From positions 25,781 to 89,780 of the forward strand of contig JAHECS010000001.1 in the NCBI GenBank assembly GCA_024641635.1: 64,000 bases of DNA. The letters run 5' to 3'. The notes below the pieces were generated by a model. It was not told the DNA's origin. It worked only from the letters and a program-made list of their open reading frames with translations, and did no database searches. This DNA comes from Actinomycetes bacterium (GTDB lineage Bacteria > Actinomycetota > Actinomycetes > S36-B12). This document shows, piece by piece, positions 58,132 through 64,000 of the stretch (position 1 is its first letter; the number at the start of each line of letters is the position of its first letter). The translations under genes and the position numbers were made by a program.

Positions 58132-58811
58132 GTGCCCTCCTCGGTCGTGCCGTCGACGGCCTCCCGCTCGTCGCGCGCCGGACGCAGCCAGATGCTGAGC
58201 GGGATGATCCCTAGGGGCAGCCAGGTCGCCACCTGTGGCGCGAACTCGAAGACCACCCCGATTGCCATGAAGTATGCCGCGAAGACCGGTCCGCGCAGGG
58301 TTGCCCTGCGGCTCGCCGCCGGATCGCGGCCCGCCTCCCGGGTGAGCAGGTGCGGTGCCCTCTGAAGGTGCCACGCAATGCCCGACCCCAGCAGGCTGAT
58401 GACCGCGAGCGCACCCCAGTAGAGCAGGCCCACTCCGTCAGCCCCACCGGTTGCCTCGGCCGCGGACGTCTCGCCGTACATCGCGCTGAACCAGGGCAGC
58501 AGCACGATCGCAACGAGCCAGCTCGTGTTCAGCCAGAAGATCGCGCCGTTGTAGTCGCGGATCCCGTTGAGGATGCGGTTGTGCGCCTGCCACATGATGG
58601 CCACGACGTAGAACGTGAAGAGGAAGGCGATGACCTGCCCGCTGTGGTCGGCGAGAACTCCCCATACCGACTCACCCGCCCCGGGCGCCGCGATGTCCAC
58701 CAGGGGAAGGACGAGCACGGTGATCGCAACCGCGACCACGGCGTCGGTGAAGTTGATGAGTCGGTCGACGGCACGCGTCCGATTCGCTGCGCGAGGGGCC
58801 GCCTCACCCAT
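58128..58811 (-). CDS. DUF1211/TMEM175-family membrane protein (putative K+ channel family)
   Basis: RLINFTDAVVAVAITVLVLPL signature helix and six TM segments. Its stop overlaps the fabG ATG (ATGA). Confidence 0.75.
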   Translation of the reverse strand: MGEAAPRAANRTRAVDRLINFTDAVVAVAITVLVLPLVDIAAPGAGESVWGVLADHSGQVIAFLFTFYVVAIMWQAHNRILNGIRDYNGAIFWLNTSWLVAIVLLPWFSAMYGETSAAEATGGADGVGLLYWGALAVISLLGSGIAWHLQRAPHLLTREAGRDPAASRRATLRGPVFAAYFMAIGVVFEFAPQVATWLPLGIIPLSIWLRPARDEREAVDGTTEEGT

Positions 58812-58827
58812 GGAGCGGGGCCACCGG

Positions 58828-59055
58828 CTAGACGTCCTCGAGTCGTGACCCGACCTTCACCGTCACCTGGTAGTGGTCCACCTCGCCGTCACGGATGTAC
58901 CCGCGCACCTGGACCACCTCGAACCAGTCCAGATGGTCCACAGACTTGGACAGCCGCCGCACCGCGTTGCCGATCGCCTCGTCGATCCCGAGCTTGGACG
59001 TCCCCACGACCTCGGTCATCCCGTACGTACGTTCGGCCACTGCTCCTCCTGTCAT
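58828..59055 (-). CDS. dodecin-family flavin-binding protein
   Basis: YGMTEVVGTS..., LDWFEVVQVRGYI.DG.V.HYQVTVKVG.RLE. ATG at 59055 chosen. Confidence 0.85.
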   Translation of the reverse strand: MTGGAVAERTYGMTEVVGTSKLGIDEAIGNAVRRLSKSVDHLDWFEVVQVRGYIRDGEVDHYQVTVKVGSRLEDV

Positions 59056-59107
59056 CCCCGGCGGATCCGGGCAAGCGCACGGCCCCATCTTGTCCTACGG
59101 TGGTCAC

Positions 59108-59437
59108 ATGGCAAAGGGCGATCCGGTTGAGGTCTTCACCATCACCGACGCCCAGCGGTCGCTCAGCGACGAGCAGACCGGACGCACGCGTCGCTATCTG
59201 GTGTCGATGGGCATCCGCACGGTGTGCGTGGTCGCAGCCATCTTCGTCCCCGGCTGGCCACGCTGGGTCCTGATCGCCGGAGCGGTGGTCCTCCCCTACC
59301 TCGCCGTCGTCGTGGCCAATGCCGGACGCGAGAACGACGAGCCGGGTGAGACCGGTGTCACGGGCCCCGGCCGTCCCGAGCTGCCCGCTGCCGGGCTTGC
59401 CATCGGCCGGACCGAGGACCACATCCACCACGCCTGA
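59108..59437 (+). CDS. DUF3099-domain membrane protein
   Basis: ITDAQRSLSDEQ..RTRRYLVSMGIRTVCVV...LPYLAVVVANAGRE. Confidence 0.75.
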   Translation: MAKGDPVEVFTITDAQRSLSDEQTGRTRRYLVSMGIRTVCVVAAIFVPGWPRWVLIAGAVVLPYLAVVVANAGRENDEPGETGVTGPGRPELPAAGLAIGRTEDHIHHA

Positions 59438-59468
59438 CCGGATCGGTGCGTCGTCGTCGCGCCGTAGA

Positions 59469-60239
59469 GTGAACGCCGTGTGGTCGTTGCTGCGGACGCG
59501 TCGGTGGGCGGGATTCACCGCCGTGGTGGTCCTCGCGATCGTCGCCTTCGGACTCCTGAGCGCCTGGCAGTGGAGCCGCGCCGACCAGAGGCGGGCCGAG
59601 CGGGTGGCCCTGCAGACCGCCGTGGCGACGGACCCGGCCCCCCTCGCCTCGCTGGACCTGTCTGCGGAGGCGCTGACGGGCGACGACTGGCGTGCCGTCA
59701 CGACCATGGGCACCTATCTGCCGGACTCACAGGTCGTCGTACGCAAGCGACCACTCGACGCGCGCAACGGCTTCTGGCTGATGACGGCCCTACGCACCGA
59801 TCCCGGCCCCGTCGTCTGGGTGAATCGTGGCTGGCTGCCGGCCGGGCAGGATGCCCTGTCCACACCTGACCTGCCCGCACCTCCGGCCGGAGAGGTCCTT
59901 GTCACGGGGTACCTGCGCTCGCTTGAGATCACGGGAGCGGACGCGAACGATGGCCTGCCGGCGGGGCAGATCGCCGCCCCCGCCCTGAACCTGCTGCCGC
60001 CCCTGCCCGACGCCATCCCCGACTACATCCAGCTGAGCGCTTCGCGCCCCGAGCAGGAGGGGCTGGTGACCCTGCCGATCCCCGACATCGACGAGAGCCG
60101 CAACGTGTCCTACGCGATCCAGTGGCTCCTCTTCGCGGCCGTGGCGATCGCGGGATGGTTCTTCTTCCTCCGGCGGGAGGCACAGGAGGATGCCGAGCGC
60201 GCAGCATCACCCACGGGCGCCGACGCAGGAAGAGGGTAG
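59469..60239 (+). CDS. SURF1-family protein
   Basis: N-terminal TM with the W.W.R motif (LLSAWQWSRADQRR), VNRGWLP, and a C-terminal TM (YAIQWLLFAAVAIAGWFFF). The start is uncertain (GTG 59469 or 59478). Confidence 0.8.
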   Translation: MNAVWSLLRTRRWAGFTAVVVLAIVAFGLLSAWQWSRADQRRAERVALQTAVATDPAPLASLDLSAEALTGDDWRAVTTMGTYLPDSQVVVRKRPLDARNGFWLMTALRTDPGPVVWVNRGWLPAGQDALSTPDLPAPPAGEVLVTGYLRSLEITGADANDGLPAGQIAAPALNLLPPLPDAIPDYIQLSASRPEQEGLVTLPIPDIDESRNVSYAIQWLLFAAVAIAGWFFFLRREAQEDAERAASPTGADAGRG

Positions 60240-60241
60240 GC

Positions 60242-61012
60242 ATGGATCTTGGGCTGAGCGGCCGGGTGTACGTGGTGTCGGGCGGCAGCAGGGGGCTCGG
60301 TCGAGCCACCGCGCAGGTGCTCGTCGACGAAGGCGCGAGCGTCGTCGTGCTGGCTCGCAGCGCCGACGACGTGGATGCCGCCGTCTCCGAGCTCGGCAGC
60401 TCCGCCGCCGGGATCGTGGCCGACCTTGCAGATCCCGGGACCGCGGCTCTGGCCGTCACGGTCGCCGTCGAGCGGTTCGGCCATCTCGACGGCGGTCTCA
60501 TCAGCGTCGGCGGTCCCTCGGGCGGTTCGGTCCTGACCACCACCGACGACCAGTGGCGGGCAGCATTCGACTCGGTGTTCCTCGGCTCGATACGCCTCGC
60601 ACGTGCCCTCTGCGAAGGCATCTCGGCAACGGGACGGGCTCGGACGGGCTCCCTCGCCTGGGTGCTGTCGTCGTCGGCAGTCGAGGTGATCCCGGGCCTC
60701 ACGACGAGCAACGGTCTGCGACCGGGGCTGGCGATGGTCGTCAAGGACCTCGCGGACGAGGTCGGACCAGCAGGTATCCGGGTCAACGGCCTGCTCCCGG
60801 GCCGGATCGCGACCGATCGCATCGCCACCCTGGACGCCGGCACCGGCGACGCCGACAGGGCCAGGGAGCGCCAGGAGGCCGGCATTCCGCTGCGGCGTTA
60901 TGGAGAACCTGAGGAGTTCGGCCGGGTGGCCGCCTTCGTGCTCAGTCCGGCAGCCTCGTACCTGACCGGTGGCCTGATCCGAGTCGACGGCGGAGCGATC
61001 CGGCATCCGTGA
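60242..61012 (+). CDS. short-chain dehydrogenase/reductase
   Basis: VVSGGSRGLGRA cofactor motif and SDR fold length (256 aa). Confidence 0.8.
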   Translation: MDLGLSGRVYVVSGGSRGLGRATAQVLVDEGASVVVLARSADDVDAAVSELGSSAAGIVADLADPGTAALAVTVAVERFGHLDGGLISVGGPSGGSVLTTTDDQWRAAFDSVFLGSIRLARALCEGISATGRARTGSLAWVLSSSAVEVIPGLTTSNGLRPGLAMVVKDLADEVGPAGIRVNGLLPGRIATDRIATLDAGTGDADRARERQEAGIPLRRYGEPEEFGRVAAFVLSPAASYLTGGLIRVDGGAIRHP

Positions 61013-61034
61013 CCGTCACGCTCGGCCGATGTGA

Positions 61035-61922
61035 TCACAGGGGCTCGATCGAGGCCGCCTGGAACATCACGGCGAAATCAGTCGGCTCGATGGTCACGGT
61101 CGCCCCGAACTCCCCCGACACCTCCTCGATCGTCTCGAGGGTGGCGTCCAGCCGTTGCCCCATGACATACCAGCCGACCAGCCGGTACCGCCCGGGCACC
61201 ACGTCCCGGCCCACCCGGTAGGTGCCACGTCGGCTGAGATTCGCAACAGGGTCGAAGGCCGGCGACAGCGCTGCCGGCACGGCCACGCCATCGAGCTCCA
61301 CCAGCGAGTCGGACGGACTCACGACCATGAGGGTCCGCTCGTTCCACATCCACGCGCTGTCGCTGTCGATGACGTCTCCGGCCGCGTCCCTCCGCGCGTA
61401 GAAGCCGTGGACGACATAGGGCCCGGGGGCCAGGTCGCTTCCGACCCGCCAGCTACGCGACGTCGTGATCGGGGAGACCGGGGACCTGATGTCCTCGTGG
61501 GGAGAGTACGTCGCGACCGTTCCTCCCATGGCGGGCGCCAGGCCCGCGCACTCCCTTGCATTGACGATCCAGTTGGGGCCGAAGAGGAACTCGCCACCGA
61601 AGCCGGACATCTCCGAACCCTCCTTCAGCTCCGACACGTGCAGCCGCGTCTCGTCGGGGCCGCGGAGGAGCACCAGGGCGGCATCGTCGTCGCAGGAGCC
61701 CACGTCCATTCCCTCGGCGGGCGGGACGGGCACCAGCGTCCAGTGTTCACACGCGCCGCCGGCCGCGACGAAGGCATCCCGAAGGTCGTCGAGAGTCTCG
61801 TACGTCGTGCCGACCCCCGGGCTCGAGGCCGGCTCCGGCGAAGGGACGATCTGGCCCCCCGAGCAGGCGGCGAGTCCCGCCACGACCAAGCCGAGGGCCA
61901 CGAGGCCCGTGCGCCGTTTCAC
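61035..61922 (-). CDS. lipoprotein of unknown function with duplicated C-terminal module
   Basis: Lipobox (LVVAGLAACSGG). Two copies of an x-[YW]-R-V-G-x-D-x-x-P-G-x-Y module (SWRVGSDLAPGPYVVHG; TYRVGRDVVPGRYRLVG). Confidence 0.7.
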   Translation of the reverse strand: MKRRTGLVALGLVVAGLAACSGGQIVPSPEPASSPGVGTTYETLDDLRDAFVAAGGACEHWTLVPVPPAEGMDVGSCDDDAALVLLRGPDETRLHVSELKEGSEMSGFGGEFLFGPNWIVNARECAGLAPAMGGTVATYSPHEDIRSPVSPITTSRSWRVGSDLAPGPYVVHGFYARRDAAGDVIDSDSAWMWNERTLMVVSPSDSLVELDGVAVPAALSPAFDPVANLSRRGTYRVGRDVVPGRYRLVGWYVMGQRLDATLETIEEVSGEFGATVTIEPTDFAVMFQAASIEPL

Positions 61923-62033
61923 TGGTCACCTCCCCGATCAGAAGAGGCCCAGCACCATTGTCCTCCCACAGCACCATCGACGCGTGACGCGGACGACGTT
62001 CAGCAGACGAACCGCCGCGGCGTTCCAGAGGCC

Positions 62034-63917
62034 CTAGGCCTGGATCGGGTTGCCCGACTCCCGGAACTGCGTGCGGTAGAGCTCCGCGTAGACACCGCCG
62101 GTCTCGAGCAGCGCCTCGTGCGTGCCGCGTTCGACGATCCGACCACCGTCCACCACCAGGATCTGGTCCGCCTGGCGGATGGTGCTCAGCCGGTGGGCGA
62201 TGACGACGGAGGTCCGCCCCTCGAGGGCGTTGCTGAGGGCTCGCTGCACGGCGGCCTCGCTCTCGCTGTCGAGGTGGGCGGTCGCCTCGTCGAGGACCAC
62301 GACGCGCGGGCCCTTGAGCAGCAGGCGCGCGAGAGCGATCCGCTGCTTCTCGCCACCGGAGAGCCGGTGGCCACGATCGCCGACGACGGTGTCGAGTCCG
62401 TCGGGGAGCTGCTCGATGAGACCGGCGATCTGGGCGTCCGCGCAGGCCCTCAGGAGCTCCTCCTCGGTCGCGCTGGGCCGCGCGTACAGGAGGTTCGCGC
62501 GGATCGTGTCGTGGAACATGTGCGCGTCCTGCGTCACGACCCCGACGCCGTCCCGAAGCGAGTCCAGGGTGACATTGCGGATGTCCACGTCGCCGATGCG
62601 GATGGCGCCTTCGGTGACGTCGTAGAGACGACTGAGCAGAGCGGTCGTCGTCGTCTTGCCCGCGCCTGACGGGCCCACCAATGCGGTCAGTGTCCCGGCA
62701 GGCACGACGAAGCTGACTCCGCCGAGGACGTCGACGCCGCCGGCCAGGGTCTCCTCGCGGGCCACCGACTCGAGCGACGCGAGAGATACCTCACTCGCCT
62801 TGGGGTAGTGGAACGAGACATCCTCGAAGGCCACGGAGAGGGGGCCGGCCGGCAGCGGACGGGCGTCTGCTGCCTGCGTCACCATGGGCTTGAGGTCGAG
62901 CACCTCGAACACCCGCTCGAAGCTGACAAGGGCCGTCATGACGTCGACGCGGACGTTCGACAGCGCCGTCAGGGGGCCATAAAGCTGCGCGAGCAGGCCG
63001 ACGAGCGCCAGCAGGGTTCCGATCGTCAGCACATCGCGAATGACGAGGTTGCCACCGAGCCCGTACACGATGACGGTGGCCAGGGACGCGACCAGCGAGA
63101 GGCCGGTGAAGAACCACCGGTTGGCCATGGCCATGCGCACGCCGATGTCTCGCACCCGCGCGGCTCGCGAGGAGAACAGCGACGCCTCGTCGTCGGGACG
63201 GCCGAAGAGCTTGACGAGCAGGGCGCCCGCCACATTGAAGCGCTCGGTCATCTGCGTCGACATGTCTGCGTTGAGCCCCATCTGCTCACGGGTCAGAGCC
63301 TGCAGACGACGGCCCATCCATCGTGCGGGGAGGAGGAACAGCGGCACGAGCAGCAGCGAGACCAGTGTCACCTGCCACGACAGTGCGAACATCGCGACGA
63401 GGACGATGACAGCGGAGATGAGGTTGCCGAGGACGCCGCCAAGCGTGGAGGTGAAGGCCTGCTGGGCGCCGATGACGTCGCTGTTGAGGCGTGAGATGAG
63501 GGCGCCTGTCTGGGCGCGCGTGAAGAAGGCGACCGACTGGCGCTGGACGTGGTCGTAGACCTCCGTGCGCAGGTCGTAGATGAGCCCTTCCCCGATCCGC
63601 GACGAGTACCAGCGGCTGACCAGGCCCAGGCAGGCGTCCACGATCGCCAGCCCCGCCATCAGGAGGGCCGTCGTCGTGACGACCGACGCATCGCCCTGCG
63701 AGATTCCCTGGTCGACCAGCCGCGGGATGAGCAACGGCTGCGCGACGCTGAGCAGCGACACCAGCACGAGCGTGATCAGGAAGACGACGATGAGACCGCG
63801 GTAGGCAGCCGCGTATCCGAAGATCCGCCGGACGAGCGCTCGGTTGATCTTGCGCCCCGCGACCGACCGGTCCCGGGTCATCGACCGGTACATCATCCAG
63901 GAGCTGTCCATCGACAT
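62034..63917 (-). CDS. ABC exporter, fused permease/ATPase
   Basis: Six-TM N-terminal domain, Walker A GPSGAGKTT, signature LSGGEKQR, Walker B VVVLDEATAHLD. ATG at 63917 preferred over the GTG at 63926. Confidence 0.9.
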   Translation of the reverse strand: MSMDSSWMMYRSMTRDRSVAGRKINRALVRRIFGYAAAYRGLIVVFLITLVLVSLLSVAQPLLIPRLVDQGISQGDASVVTTTALLMAGLAIVDACLGLVSRWYSSRIGEGLIYDLRTEVYDHVQRQSVAFFTRAQTGALISRLNSDVIGAQQAFTSTLGGVLGNLISAVIVLVAMFALSWQVTLVSLLLVPLFLLPARWMGRRLQALTREQMGLNADMSTQMTERFNVAGALLVKLFGRPDDEASLFSSRAARVRDIGVRMAMANRWFFTGLSLVASLATVIVYGLGGNLVIRDVLTIGTLLALVGLLAQLYGPLTALSNVRVDVMTALVSFERVFEVLDLKPMVTQAADARPLPAGPLSVAFEDVSFHYPKASEVSLASLESVAREETLAGGVDVLGGVSFVVPAGTLTALVGPSGAGKTTTTALLSRLYDVTEGAIRIGDVDIRNVTLDSLRDGVGVVTQDAHMFHDTIRANLLYARPSATEEELLRACADAQIAGLIEQLPDGLDTVVGDRGHRLSGGEKQRIALARLLLKGPRVVVLDEATAHLDSESEAAVQRALSNALEGRTSVVIAHRLSTIRQADQILVVDGGRIVERGTHEALLETGGVYAELYRTQFRESGNPIQA

Positions 63918-63918
63918 G

Positions 63919-64000
63919 TCAGGCACTGCCTCCCAGCAGGACCTTGAGCTCGGCGATTCGTCGCGTCTGCGCCGCGCGCTCGCGTGCCAGCTGGTGATCC
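63919..64000 (-). CDS. 3' end of an upstream co-directional ORF truncated by the window edge (possibly the partner ABC exporter subunit)
   Basis: Open minus-strand frame to the window end, finishing with TGA at 63919-63921, immediately before the ATG at 63917. There is too little sequence to identify it. Confidence 0.3.
   Translation of the reverse strand, partial: DHQLARERAAQTRRIAELKVLLGGSA

Overview
High-GC (roughly 70%) actinobacterial chromosomal core region, densely coding, with gene order closely resembling the Mycobacterium/Corynebacterium/Streptomyces backbone. I see no tRNA or rRNA genes, CRISPR arrays, or transposase/integrase genes. Recognisable content, in order: (1) the mshC 3' end, gnd, pgi, a PAC2-family gene, metH, a RecB/Cas4-like nuclease and trmI. 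(2) A complete contiguous Pup-proteasome system (arc/mpa, dop, pup, prcB, prcA, pafA), two FKBP isomerases, pafBC, tatAC, a DAG-kinase-like lipid kinase, helY and a 5'-3' exonuclease. (3) A metabolic block (M24 peptidase, acyl-CoA dehydrogenase, amidohydrolase), lnt, ppm1, fxsA, rbpA, a CAP-domain secreted protein and argG. (4) A BtuF/TroA-like binding protein, feoABC and a PLDc_N/SHOCT membrane protein. (5) gcvP behind a tandem glycine riboswitch, then the conserved MerR, BFN nuclease, MerR(FtsR-like), GarA/OdhI, gcvH, DUF881, small-basic-protein, DUF881 array. This array continues into an 830-aa nucleotidyltransferase/phosphomutase fusion and a CDP-alcohol phosphatidyltransferase. (6) A TauE permease with an orphan ABC ATPase, serB, a DUF1211-fabG-inhA-SixA operon, dodecin, DUF3099, SURF1, an SDR, a lipoprotein and an ABC exporter. 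Many junctions are 4-nt GTGA/ATGA stop-start overlaps. I did not find a convincing new multi-gene protein system. The most anomalous object is non-coding: a ~0.5 kb low-GC intergenic island (36899-37417). It carries a Fur-box-like palindrome, 12 GGTCA/TGACC half-sites within ~200 bp, a near-consensus LexA (SOS) box and a hairpin covering the SD/start of the downstream BtuF-like gene. All protein calls rest on motif and family recognition by eye from the supplied translations. No database search was run.
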